This document shows, piece by piece, positions 52,886 to 64,000 of a stretch of 64,000 nucleotides of DNA (position 1 is its first letter; each line of letters starts with the position of its first letter). The stretch comes from an uncultured delta proteobacterium (GTDB lineage: Bacteria; Bdellovibrionota; FAC87; UBA2466). The stretch is from the NCBI GenBank assembly GCA_963778115.1, contig CAVZSV010000004.1:2880001-2944000 (forward strand), written 5' to 3'. A model generated the notes under the pieces. The model ran no database searches and had not been told where the DNA came from. It was given only the letters and a program-made list of their open reading frames with translations. Position numbers and translations under genes: made by a program.

Positions 52886-53266
52886 GGTTGTAGGTGAATC
52901 CATAATCAGAAGTCATTTACGTAGGGTGGGTCGAGCTTGCGAAGACGCCACCGACTCTTTTAACTCGCGCGGTTTCAAGCGGGCGGTGTCCGTTCTATTT
53001 GTTGACCCACAAGCGTCAATAACACCAATTCCAATTCCATTCCAGCAAATCCTGTCGGAAGCGTCTGAGAATCGGTTTCCACGAGGAGTGACACCGATTT
53101 CCCGTGGATGCTCAAGGCGGCCCTGAAGGAACCGTCCAAGGATCGATCCCTTGTCAAGAGCAAGCCAAGGCCGGATAATGTCGAGTCAAGCCGAGGTCGC
53201 CAACACGACTTCCCACTGAGCTTGGGACATCATCAAGCCATCCCGATAGTCGCAGGTAACCCTTCA

Positions 53267-56200
53267 ATGGCCGATGTCGTCATCGAGAATCCGATCCTCA
53301 ACTCGCCTTTCAGCGAGCCCACCAGCATTTCAAGTTCACCGATGACGGAATCACGAACGAAATCGTCGAGGGCCGGCGCATCCAGCTCCTATTTCATCCC
53401 GATCGCCCAGCCGAAGAAGAAGGGCAAGCAACTCGCCTTCGACACCGAGTGGACCCAGGACCGGATCGAGGAGAACAAGCTCGTCAACCGCATCCGGCCG
53501 CGCATCGCGCATCTGGCGGGAAGGCGGATACGTCGGCGTAACGCCGACCACCGCCAGGCTTGCTTGCAATACTGGACACGACCCCGACCGCGAGAAGAAG
53601 CTGTTCTTCTGCCAGATCGAAGCCCTCGAGACCGCCATCTACATCACCGAGGTCGCCAAGAAGTACGGCGACGCCTGGATCGAGAACGACGCTCCGCGAG
53701 GCGAACGACACCTCGAACCCCGGCCTGCCGCGCATCGCCTTCAAGATGGCGACCGGATCGGGCAAGACGGTCGTCATGGCCATGCTCATCGCCTGGCAGG
53801 CACTCGAACAAGCTCGCGAATCCGCAGGATGCCCGCTTCACCGAACGCTTTCTGATCGTCACCCCCGGCATCACGATCCGCGACCGGCTGCGCGTCCTCC
53901 TGCCGAACGACCCCGACAACTACTACCGCCAGCGCGACATCGTCCCCGGCCATCAGCTTGAAAAGCTCGGCCAGGCGAAGATCGGTCATCACCAACTTCC
54001 ACGCCTTCCAGCTTCGCGAGACGGTCAAGGCCGGCAAGCTCACCAAGAGCATCGTCTCCAGCGGCGAGCCGGAGGCATTCACCGAGACCCCCGACCAGAT
54101 GGTGCGCCGCGTCTGCCGCGAGCTGGGCACCAAGAAGAACATCGTCGTCCTCAACGACGAGGCCCACCACTGCTACCGCCGCAAGCCCGACGCCGCCGAG
54201 AGCGAAGACGCTCACCGGCGACGATCGGAAGGAAGCCGAGAAGCGCGAAGAGGAGGCCCGGATCTGGATTTCCGGCATCGAGGCCATCAAGGCCAAGATC
54301 GGCGTCAAGGCGATCTACGACCTGTCCGCCACGCCGTTCTTTCTCAAGGGCTCCGGCTACGCCGAAGGGACGCTCTTCCCCTGGGTCGTCTCCGACTTCT
54401 CCCTGATCGACGCCATCGAGTCGGGCATCGTCAAGGTTCCCCGCGTCCCAGTTTCCGACGACTCGATGCAGGGCGACCAACCCACCTACCGCGACCTCTG
54501 GCTGCGCATCCGCGACCACCTCCCCAAGAAGGGACGCAAGACCGAGGAGCTCGACGAAGCAGCCCAAGCTCCCCGCCGAGCTGGAAGGGGCGATTCACAG
54601 CCTCTACGGCAACTACGAAAAGTATCACGAGCTCTGGGAGAAGAACGCCGACGCCCAGGCGAAGGGACTGACGCCGCCCGTCTTCATCGTCGTCTGCAAC
54701 AACACCAACGTCTCCAAGCTCGTCTTCAACTACATCGCCGGCTGGGAGAAAACCGCTCGCCGACGGCTAGACGGTCATCGTCCCAGGCCAGCTGCCGCTG
54801 TTCAGCAACGAGCAACGGACGGCGCTGGAGCCACCGCCCGAACACGATCCTGGTCGACAGCGAGCAGCTCGAATCGGGCGAAGCGCATGAGCGCCGAGTT
54901 CAAGAAGATCGCCGCCCGCGAGATCGAGGAGTTCAAGGCCGAGTACCGCGCCCGTTTCCCCGGCCGCGACGCCGACAGCCTCTCCGACGAAGACCTGCTC
55001 CGCGAGAGGTGATGAACACCGTCGGCAAGCCCGGCAAGCTCGGCGAACACGTCAAGTGCGTGGTCAGCGTCTCGATGCTCACCGAAGGCTGGGACGCCAA
55101 CACCGTCACCCATGTTCTCGGCGTCCGGGCCTTCGGCACGCAGCTTCTTTGCGAGCAGGTCGTCGGCCGGGCCTTGCGCCGCATGAGCTACGCCGCCAAC
55201 GACGAACGGGCTGCTTCGAGCCCGAATACGCCGAGGTCTACGGCGTGCCGTTCTCGTTCATCCCCTGTTCAGGCTCGATCGCCAGATCCCAAGCCCGGCC
55301 CGATGCCGACGCGCGTTCGCGCCCTGGAGAGCCGGATCGCTTGCGAGATCACCTTCCCCCGGCTGCTCGGCTATCGCTACGAGATGCCAGGCAAGACGCT
55401 GCCGTGCCAAGTTCACCGACGATTCCGATGCTCGCCCTGACAACGGCCGACCTGCCGACCAAGACCGAGAACGCCCCGATCGTCGGCGAGAGCAGCATCC
55501 ACACGCTCGACGAACTCAAGAGCCGCCGCGACCAACGAGGTCGCCTTCCTGCTGGCCAAGCTCACCCTGGAGAAATACTTCCGCCAGGACGGCGAGACTC
55601 GCACGGAAACGGCCGATCACACGTTCGACAGCGAGGTTCAAGCCTGGCTCTTCCCGCAGGTGCTCGCGATCACCAAGCGCTGGCTCGCCGAGTGCGTCCA
55701 TTGCAAGGACCACACGTTCCCGCAGCTCCTCCTCCTGCATCGAGTTCGCCCACGACGCCGCCGACCGCATCTACAAGGCGCATCGTGCGCGGCTCGAACG
55801 CTCGCCGGACGGCACGCCGACGCTCAGGCCGATCCTGCGGCCCTATGACACGCTCGGCTCGACCCGTTACGTCGATTTCGACACGACCCGGCCCGTCTAC
55901 GCGACCCGCGCCGACAAGTGCCACATCTCGCACGTCGTCGCCGACACCGACTCGTGGGAGCAGAAGATGGCCCAGGCCCTCGAAGACATGGCCGAGGTGA
56001 TCCGCTACGTCAAGAACCACAACCTCGGCTTCACGATCCCCTACACGATCAACGGCGAGGAGCATCAGTATCACCCCGACTTCATCGCCCGCATCGACGA
56101 CGGGCACGGCCAGGACGACCTGCTCAACCTGATCATCGAAGTCACCGGCGAGAAGAAGAAGGACAAGGCCGCCAAGGTCGCGACGGCGCGGACGCTCTGG

Positions 56201-56323
56201 GTGCCCGCCGTCAACAACCACGGCGCCTTCGGCCGCTGGGCGTTCCTCGAAATCGCCGACCCGTGGGATGGGCAGAGCGCCATTCGAGACTACTTGCAGT
56301 CCGAGAGGGCGGTCCTCCGATGA
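53267..56323 (+). CDS. Type III restriction enzyme Res subunit (SF2 helicase + nuclease), many apparent frameshifts
   Basis: IENPILNSPF, FKMATGSGKT, LNDEAHHCY, SVSMLTEGWDA, QVVGRALRR, YHPDFI...IIEVTG. Confidence 0.9.
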
Positions 56324-56763
56324 CACAGCTCGACACCGACCAGAAAGACCCGGAAACTCACGCGATCATCGGTTCGGCGATGGAAGTCCATCGTCAGCTA
56401 GGGCCGGGATTCCTGGAACTTGTCTATCACAAGGCCCTGGAGATCGAATTGGCGGCGCGAGCGATTCCCGCCGTCCGCGAGGTGGATGTCCCCGTGTATT
56501 ACAAGGGCCACCGGCTCGATTGCGCCTACCGACCCGATTTCCTCTGCTTCGGACGTGTGATCGTCGAGTTGAAAGCCCTCTCGGCGATCACCGGAGTCGA
56601 GGAAGCCCAGGTGCTGAACTACCTCAAGGCCACGGGGCTCGAATGCGGCTTGCTCCTGAACTTCGGCCGATCGAGCCTGCAATTCAAACGATTCATCTTC
56701 ACCAACCATCACAAGAGTCAATCCACAGATTACAGATTAACACAGATTCAGACAAACTTCTGA
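56320..56763 (+). CDS. GxxExxY protein (PD-(D/E)XK-like)
   Basis: IIGSAMEVHRQLGPGFLELVY, RPD..., VELKA, QVLNYLK, GLLLNFG. Confidence 0.93.
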   Translation: MTQLDTDQKDPETHAIIGSAMEVHRQLGPGFLELVYHKALEIELAARAIPAVREVDVPVYYKGHRLDCAYRPDFLCFGRVIVELKALSAITGVEEAQVLNYLKATGLECGLLLNFGRSSLQFKRFIFTNHHKSQSTDYRLTQIQTNF

Positions 56764-56885
56764 AGTGATTGAATCTGCGGAAATCTGCGTAATCTGTGGA
56801 TCATTATTATGATTATTCTCATTCATATTAGCGGTGACAATCGATGATGTATTTTAATCTGTGGAAATCTGCGTAATCCGCGGAT
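56721..56885. repeat. 10-bp periodic AATCTG repeats forming an inverted pair plus a third block
   Basis: 56721-56750 is the near reverse complement of 56770-56801; direct copy at 56856-56885. Confidence 0.85.
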
Positions 56886-56933
56886 CATGATTCTGGTCAA
56901 TATTGCTGATCACTCTTCTCTGCGGGATGATTC

Positions 56934-59594
56934 ATGGCCAAGAAGAAATCCACCCAGGTCGACTCCATCCGCCACAAGGACAAGCGGGCGAACATCCCCA
57001 CCGAGGAGCTGCGCGACTTCGTCGCCGACGACGAGCACGCGCCCAAGACGATGCTCTATCCCCGCGATCCGTCGCTCGACCCGCAACTCGTCTGGAAGGG
57101 CAAGGACGAGCAGGACCGCCAGGACCTGGCCGTCCCCGTCGTGCCGATCTACATCCAGGAGAAGATTCACCCGCAGGCGATCATCGACGACCTGCTGCCA
57201 GCGGACCGAGGAGCCTGGCGAACGGCAGCTTGATCTCTTCGCCGACTTCAACGGCATCGAACGACTTCGACAAGAAGATCGACTTCTACCACCACGACCG
57301 CAGCACTGGACGAACCGGATGATCCTGGGCGACTCGCTGCTCGTGATGACCAGCCTGGCCGAGAAGGAGGGACTCAAAGGGAAGGTGCAGACGATCTACC
57401 TCGACCCGCCCTACGGCATCAAGTTCGGCTCGAACTGGCAGGTGAGCACCCGCAAGCGCGACGTGAAGGACGGCAAGGCCGAGGACGCCACGCGCCAGCC
57501 GGAACAGATCCGGGCCTTCCGCGACACATGGAAACTGGGCATTCATTCCTATTTGACGTACTTGCGGGACCGGCTGGTTGTCGGCCCGTGAGTTGCTCAC
57601 CGAGACCGGCAGCGATCTTCATGCAGATCGGCGATGAGAACGTCCATCTGGTGCGGAGTGCTGATGGATGAGGTGTTCGGGGATGAGAATTTCGTGCACT
57701 CTGATCGTCTTCCGCAAGACCGGCAGGCACTCAGCTCGGAACTGACTTGGCGAGCACCCGTCGATTATCTCTTGTGGTACGCGAAAGATCAGCACGTCGT
57801 TAAATATCGGCAGCTTTATCAGGACCAAGACTGGTAGTGACGAGAGACGCCGGCGTTTACACGCGGGTCGATGCGACGATGATGGCACCATCCGGAAGTA
57901 TGACTCGCAGACGAGCATGGACGAGTCCATCTTCCGGTGCCAGCCGGATTCGAAGTACTGCGTTACGATGTGATAACATCTCAGGGCTACGCGAACCAGC
58001 ACGACAGTTCCTGTTCGAGTTCGAGGGCCAAGACCTACCACCCCGGACGGCAACTCGAATTGGAAAACGACTCTTCGAAGGGATGCAGAACGCTTGCTAG
58101 CGCGCGAACGTATTGCCACTTCGGGAAGCACGCCTCGCTTACGTCCGCTTTATCGACGACTTTCCGGTGTATCCTCTCAGATACGTCTGGACGGACACAG
58201 GGACCGGCAGCTTCACCGATCAAAAGGTATATGTAGTTCAGACTTGAACAAGATCATTCGAGCGCTGCCTCCTGATGACCACCGACCCCGGCGACCTTGT
58301 CCTCGACCCGACGTGCGGCAGCGGCACGACGGCCTATGTCGCCGAGCAATGGGGCCGGCGATGGATCACGATCGACACCAGCCGCGTGTTGCTCTGGCGC
58401 TGGCCCGCACGCGGCTGATGGCCGCAAGTATCCCTACTACCTGCTCGCCGACTCGCCCGAAGGCATCAAGAAGGAAGCCGAGCTGACCGGCAAGATGCCC
58501 CCGCCGCACGCGACCGACGGCGACATCCGCAAGGGGTTCGTCTACAAGCGAGTTCCGCACGTCACGCTCAAGACGATCGCCAACAACCCCGACATCAAGG
58601 AGGGCATGACCCGCGAGCAGATCGACCGGGCCATCGCCCGGCACGCCGACACGGAAACGCTCTTCGACCAGCCCTACGAGGACAACAAGGCGTCCGCGTT
58701 GCCGGCCCGTTCACGGTCGAAAGCCTCTCGCCCGCATCGCGTCCTGGCGACCGACGACGAGTCGGCCGGACCGGAAGCCGAAGCGACTCAGCGACTTCGA
58801 TCGGCCGACTTCGCCACGATGATCCTCGACAACCTCAGAAGGCCGGCGTGCAGAACACGCGTCAAGAACGAGCGGCTCAAGTTCGACACGCTCGATCCGT
58901 TCGCCGGCGAGCTGGATCCACGCCGACGGGCACTAGACCGACGTCGGACGGCAACATCCGAATCGAGTCGCCGTCTCGATCGGCCCCGAGCACGGCACCG
59001 TCGGCCCCGCAGCAGGTGAAGGAGGCCGCCAAGGAAGCGGTTCAGGGCATCGGCTTCGACATTCTCATCGTCTGCGGCTTCGCCTTCGACCCGCACGTCG
59101 CCGAGGAAGCCAAGCGCTACGGCAAGCTGACCGTCCTCCCCGCCCGGATGAACCCCGACCTGGCATGGGCGACGAGCTGCTCAAGAAGACCGGCGCCGGC
59201 AACCTGTTCATGGTCTTCGGCGAGCCGGACGTCGAGATCGACGCTCAGGACGGCAAGAGCGGCCAGTAACGTCGTCGAGATCAAGGGCGTGGACGTCTAC
59301 GACCCGACGACCGGGCCAGATCCGCAACTCCTCGACCGACGACATCGCCTGCTGGTTCATCGACACCGACTACAACGGCGAGAGCTTCTTCGTCCGCCAC
59401 GCCTACTTCACGGGCGCCGACGAGCCCTACGAGAAGCTCAAGCGAGCCCTGCAAGGCCGAGATCGACGAAGCCGCCTGGGCCGTCCCTCTACAGCACCAC
59501 CAGCCGGCCGTTCGCCACGCCCGCATCCGGCAAGATCGCCGTCAAGGTCATCAACCACTACGGCGACGAGGTGCTGAAGGTTTACAAGGTGTGA
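56934..59594 (+). CDS. Type III RM Mod subunit (N6-adenine DNA methyltransferase), many apparent frameshifts
   Basis: [44 protein letters not shown]. Confidence 0.9.
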
Positions 59595-59705
59595 GCAATT
59601 CCTCGCATTGGGCGGATCATGGTTGATTCTCCGGTTCGCGTAGCCGATGAACTCATTTAAGGCTGCCGATGTCATACATTTTCAGAAGAGGCCTACGGAG
59701 TTCGC

Positions 59706-60315
59706 ATGATCGGCCTTCCCGAGTTCATCACTCTCAAGAATATTCGCGAGCAGATTGAGGAGAGGGCAGACGTCGTCTCACTTGAGCGGGACGTCGCCGT
59801 CCGGCTTATCGATCAAGTTTGGTGGAATGAGCCTTGGATCACAAAAGAGTGGCGACGCACACAAGAAGATTCCCACTGGCGTTGGGCCAAGTTCGTCGGC
59901 AAGTTTGGAAATCGATTGATGGTTCAACGCTTGGCCATCAAGACATGTAATGGCGATATCCAAGGAGCCATAATTTTCGACGCGAACAGTCAATCATTCT
60001 TGATCTCAGACCAAGGTGCGGTTTATGTCGAATATATTGCGACGGCTCCGAGAAACAGGAGAACCGCCACAAACCCTTTTTACAACGGAGTCGGCACGGG
60101 ACTACTTGCCATCGCCGCGTATTACAGCCTGAAGGTTGGTTTTCAAGGCAGGGTGGTCCTCGAGTTCCTTGCCGGGCTCCGTAGGATTTTATCAAGAGCG
60201 TCATGGCTTTCAGGTGACAAGTCGACATCGGAATGGTATGGTCGATATGGAGTTGCCGGAGGCAGGAGTTCCTAAGTTAGTCGGGATTCTGCCCCTAAGG
60301 CAAGGACTCAAATAA
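59706..60315 (+). CDS. GNAT family acetyltransferase (one apparent frameshift near 60170)
   Basis: VYVEYIATAPRNR...GVGTGLL...GFQGRVVL; FY...GF in the shifted frame. Confidence 0.75.
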
Positions 60316-60747
60316 TGGCTACGGCGGAAGTTACAAAAGATTTGACTCAGGAAGCGACGCCCTTGGTCGGCAGTCAGGATCGAACTCCGCGCGCAGCAAT
60401 ACGTGGTACTGGATGATAGTCTTTCAACCAAGAGACACAGCCAGCTTTTAAGCGACGACTCGCTTGGTGACCCTACACCTCCAGTTGGTGGTCACCGCCG
60501 CTTTCTTTTCTTCTTTCGTCGCGGCCCGCGTCCGCTCCGTAAAGTTCCAAAAATCAAGAATCCACCTACGGATGAACTTGGATTGCATCTTCTCAGGCTA
60601 TTTTTGCTTCATCCAAACGTAGTGGAGAAGTTTGGCGAACCGAACAAATCCGCAAATGATGTCGCCAATCGAATCCGGGACATGGATGATAGCACCAAAC
60701 GCCATCTCCTTTCGCGAGTCGAGCGATTCCTCGGAATTCCGAGATGA
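60315..60747 (+). CDS. Hypothetical protein coupled to the GNAT gene (probable frameshift)
   Basis: TAATG stop/start overlap; ORF 60403..60747 ends before a terminator. Confidence 0.45.
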
Positions 60748-60774
60748 AGTTCTAGAACTCTCAAAGTCGGTGTC

Positions 60775-60806
60775 AAACCCCGAGACTAAGCCGCTCGGGG
60801 TTTTTT
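60775..60806 (+). terminator. Rho-independent terminator
   Basis: AAACCCCGAG...CTCGGGGTTTTTT. Confidence 0.85.
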
Positions 60807-60886
60807 AATGCGCATCGCGGATTTAGCCGACCTCGACCGAACCTAGTGAAAGGTCGATGGACAATCGTTACTTTCAAGGAAAGTGC

Positions 60887-60915
60887 TTGCAATCTCAGGG
60901 CGGGAATGTGATAAT
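60887..60915 (+). promoter_or_regulatory. sigma70 promoter with an extended -10
   Basis: TTGCAA-N17-GATAAT preceded by TG; ATG 8 nt downstream. Confidence 0.6.
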
Positions 60916-60922
60916 TAACACA

Positions 60923-61132
60923 ATGAACGCCAGTCAATCAACGTCACCGATTTCGGATCTACTCCGGCGAACGATCGCCGAGAGCGGTTGCTCCTACAAC
61001 TCCTTGGAAAAGGAGACCGGAGTGACCCGAGCCAGCATCATGCGGTTCGTTCGTGGCGATCAATACGTTCGGCTCGACATGGCCGATCGGCTCGCGACCT
61101 TCTTCGACCTTGAGCTTCGGAAACGAGGTTAG
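60923..61132 (+). CDS. Small Xre-type HTH protein
   Basis: SYNSLEKETGVTRASIMRFVRG...LDMADRLA. Confidence 0.8.
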   Translation: MNASQSTSPISDLLRRTIAESGCSYNSLEKETGVTRASIMRFVRGDQYVRLDMADRLATFFDLELRKRG

Positions 61133-61137
61133 GACTC

Positions 61138-62802
61138 ATGGGATATCTCTTCAAGGAGACCGTGACGCGTCCGCTCCCTGCCGATGCCGAGATCATCACC
61201 CGGAAGGGGGAACGTCTCGCCCGATATCGCGACGGCAAGGGGAAGGCGAAGACCTCGCCCGTGATCGTCGGCAAGGATGGGGCCGACCGCATTCGCGACG
61301 AGTCGGGCACCTACATCGCCCGCTACCGCGACGGCAACTACCATGTCGTGGAAGTCTCGACCGGTTGCCGAGACAAATCCGCCGCTCAGAATGTTCTCTC
61401 CGATTGGGAACGCCAGGCCGAGAAGATGCGGGCCGGGCTCATCTCACCCGCCGAAGCCCGAATCAGCCAGCACTTGGGGAAACCCATCACCGAGCACATC
61501 GCCGCCTACATCGAATCGATGAAGTCGCGGGGCGTAGTCAAGATGCACTGCGATAACGTGCGAAGCCAGTTGACTCGATTCGTCAACGACTGCGGACTCG
61601 TCCGGACCTCCGAACTCAGCCGCGAAGCCCTGGAGCAATGGCTCACCACCGAAAGCCAGGCGGGCCGCTCGGCCCGATCCCGCAACGCCCACCGCGCCGC
61701 CCTGATCGCCTTCTCAAATTGGTGCTCTGATCCCACAATCGGCCGGATGATCTCGAATCCATTCCGGGGAGTGCCCAAGGCCGACGAGAAGGCCGACCCT
61801 CGCCGTCGCCGTCGCTCGATGACCGAGGCGGAACTGACCCGCCTGCTCGATGTTGCACGCCATCGCCCGCTCGCCGAGGCGATGACCGTACGGCGAGGGA
61901 AGCGGGCAGGGGAGCGATACGCCGACCTTCGCCCCGAGACCCGCGAGCAACTCGACCGACTCGGCCGGGAGCGTGCTCTCATCTACAAGACGCTCGTCTT
62001 GACGGGACTCCGAAAGGGGGAACTGGCGAGTCTGACCGAGTCGAATCTTGAACTTGACGCCCCGATCCCACACATCGAACTCGACGCTCGGGACGAGAAG
62101 AACCGGGAAGGGAATGGCGTGGTCATCCGCACCGACCTGGCGGAAGACCTCAAGCAATGGCTTGCCGACAAGCTCCATGCACTCCAGGCCGAAGCCCTGA
62201 GTCGGGGCGAGTCAATCCCGGCGAAACTACCCGCCGATATGCCCATCTTCGAGGTTCCAACCGGTTTGATCCGGATCTTCAACCGCGACCTCAAAGCCGC
62301 CAATATCGCCAAGAAGGACGACCGAGGCCGAACCCTCGACGTGCATGCACTCAGAACGACCTTCGGCACCTTGCTCAGCCGAGGAGGAGTTCCGTTGCGG
62401 ACCGCCCAGGCCGCGATGCGACACTCCGACCCGAGCCTGACGGCGAACGTCTACACCGATCCCCGCCTTCTCGACGTCCACGGGGCGCTGGATTCACTCC
62501 CTAGCCTGCCGCTCGAAGCCGATCCTCGATTGGATCGGGAGCAGGCGCGAGCCGTCGCGACAGGGACTTACGGCGACAGCGCCGTTGCACTGTTTGTTGC
62601 ACTACCCGCCGACAAACAGGCAAAATCAGGGGGCATTCCTGGCAAAACGAAGAACCCCGGCCTGAGTTCGACCGGGGTTCCATCGATTGACCTAACTGGT
62701 TTCTCAGGAACGTCTAAGGCATCGTTGACAAGCCCTGTCGGTTCCATCTCTCAAGTCGGGGCGACCGGATTTGAACCGGCGACCTCTAGCACCCCAAGCT
62801 AA
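61138..62802 (+). CDS. Tyrosine recombinase/integrase
   Basis: TGLRKGEL, DVHALRTTF, MRHS..LT..VYT; 3' end reads through the tRNA (GATGFEPATS). Confidence 0.95.
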   Translation: MGYLFKETVTRPLPADAEIITRKGERLARYRDGKGKAKTSPVIVGKDGADRIRDESGTYIARYRDGNYHVVEVSTGCRDKSAAQNVLSDWERQAEKMRAGLISPAEARISQHLGKPITEHIAAYIESMKSRGVVKMHCDNVRSQLTRFVNDCGLVRTSELSREALEQWLTTESQAGRSARSRNAHRAALIAFSNWCSDPTIGRMISNPFRGVPKADEKADPRRRRRSMTEAELTRLLDVARHRPLAEAMTVRRGKRAGERYADLRPETREQLDRLGRERALIYKTLVLTGLRKGELASLTESNLELDAPIPHIELDARDEKNREGNGVVIRTDLAEDLKQWLADKLHALQAEALSRGESIPAKLPADMPIFEVPTGLIRIFNRDLKAANIAKKDDRGRTLDVHALRTTFGTLLSRGGVPLRTAQAAMRHSDPSLTANVYTDPRLLDVHGALDSLPSLPLEADPRLDREQARAVATGTYGDSAVALFVALPADKQAKSGGIPGKTKNPGLSSTGVPSIDLTGFSGTSKASLTSPVGSISQVGATGFEPATSSTPS

Positions 62803-62828
62803 CGCGCTAGCCAACTGCCTACGCCCCG
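62756..62828 (-). tRNA. tRNA-Pro (GGG)
   Basis: CGGGGCG acceptor stem, TTAGC-TTGGGGT-GCTAG anticodon arm, GGTTCAAATCC T-loop; D-stem appears one base short. Confidence 0.92.
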
Positions 62829-62928
62829 ATTTCCCAAAGGCCTCAATAGCATCATTTCGCCGAAGGGAAACCTATTGTAGAATTTAGGATGAATCTGTCA
62901 ATCCATACTAGACCAAGAGGTTAGCATC

Positions 62929-63935
62929 GTGCATTTCGCCGATCGTTTGATTTCGGCCGTCAAGCGGGTGGGAAATCCAATTGTGGTTGGAATTGATCCT
63001 CGTCCGGAGGAGTTACCCGCCGGCTTTCTGGATGGATTTCCGCCGGACATTCCGGGGATGGCGAAGGCAATTAGAACCTTCGGATGTGCGGTGATCGACG
63101 CCATTTCTTCCCTTGTGCCGGCGGTCAAGTTTCAGTCCGCATTTTATGAGGCATACGGCCCGGCTGGGATATCGGCCCTCCACGAGACGATGGATTATGC
63201 CCACGACAAGGGATTAATCGTCATCTTTGACGGGAAGCGGAACGATATCGGCTCAACAGCCGAGGCCTATTCAAGGGCTTACCTAGGGAAAGTTATGTCG
63301 GGTGAGTCCTACTCCCCCGCCTGGTACGCGGACGCGATCACCGTGAATCCTTATCTCGGAAGTGACGGGATTATCCCTTTCGTCAAGGTCGCCGCTCGCG
63401 AGGAGAAGGGGCTATTCGTTTTGGTTCGGACAAGCAATCCTTCCGCAACTGAATTTCAAGATCTAATCTCAGGCGATCGAGCGATTTATCAGCATGTCGC
63501 GCAGCATGTGGCCGGATGGGCGAAGCCGCATCAAGGAGCTTCGGGGTACAGCCTGGTTGGTGCGGTCGTGGGCGCGACCGCGCCGATCAACTCGCCGAAA
63601 TTCGCGAAGCTCTCCCCGGCATTCTCTTTCTGGTACCTGGTTACGGACATCAGGGTGGAACGGCCAAAGATGTCGCGGCGGCGTTCGATGCGGACGGATT
63701 AGGTGCGCTGATCAATAATTCGCGTGGAATTACATTCGCCTATTCCCGGCCGAATGCTCACTCACGTTTTGGCGACCGATGGCTCACCGCCATCGAAAAC
63801 GCAGTTCAAGAAATGAGTGCGGATCTTGCCGAGAATACATCCGCCGGACGACCTGAGAGCAAAATGAGTCCCGAGATGCACGATCGCGGAACGCCGCCTC
63901 ACATCTCTGGAAGGAAGCCTTTTCTCGCTGCCTGA
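62929..63935 (+). CDS. pyrF: Orotidine-5'-phosphate decarboxylase (type 2), frameshift near 63580
   Basis: VGIDP, VKFQSAFYE, DGKRNDIGST, VNPYLG, VRTSNP, GAVVGAT, then LVPGYGHQGG, NNSRGI. Confidence 0.93.
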
Positions 63936-64000
63936 CGAATCACGAGACCTCCGGTGCCGAGCATCGTGAACGGGACAGCCAACATGAAGAGCACGCTCCA

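Noticed and set aside
52885..53266. Second att site of the tRNA-Pro element
   Set aside because: I found no match to the tRNA-Pro 3' sequence here.
56721..56885. CRISPR array
   Set aside because: Units are 10-bp periodic and partly inverted, with no regular unique spacers and no cas genes.
49636..62683. Numerous overlapping Arg/Pro-rich ORFs on both strands
   Set aside because: These are shadow ORFs of high-GC coding sequence and frameshift fragments.
49783..63935. Mass pseudogenisation or recoding in the right-hand segment
   Set aside because: Indels also hit pyrF and the tRNA-Pro D-stem, as expected for unpolished long-read error.

Overview
The window looks like two unrelated pieces of DNA joined at about 49,780. 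The left ~49.8 kb is moderate-GC (high 40s % by eye) and mostly intact. Gene content suggests a Bdellovibrionota/deltaproteobacterium-like chromosome (inference). It holds housekeeping genes (hutG-hutF, dinB, scpAB, ruvCAB-yebC, an M1 aminopeptidase, mazG, an ExbB/ExbD/ExbD motor), many orphan secreted proteins, several sigma54-type promoters, and a 2.3-kb integrase-less islet at tRNA-fMet. The islet has a 45-bp att duplication, arm-like repeats, a HigBA-type toxin-antitoxin pair and a secreted CheD/CNF1-like deamidase. The right ~14.2 kb is high-GC and full of indels, and looks Planctomycetota-like (inference). It holds a 5'-truncated GAP1-N2/GAP1-M conflict-system gene, a type III restriction-modification locus with a GxxExxY gene and 10-bp periodic repeats, a GNAT gene pair, an HTH gene and a tyrosine integrase running into tRNA-Pro(GGG), then pyrF. 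Both genes at the junction are cut mid-domain, so a chimeric assembly is the most likely explanation. The most interesting candidates for new biology are the tRNA-fMet islet and a shared 'signal peptide + single Cys + short helix' N-terminus on five unrelated secreted proteins, three with enzyme- or toxin-like motifs. All family assignments come from motif recognition, not database searches.
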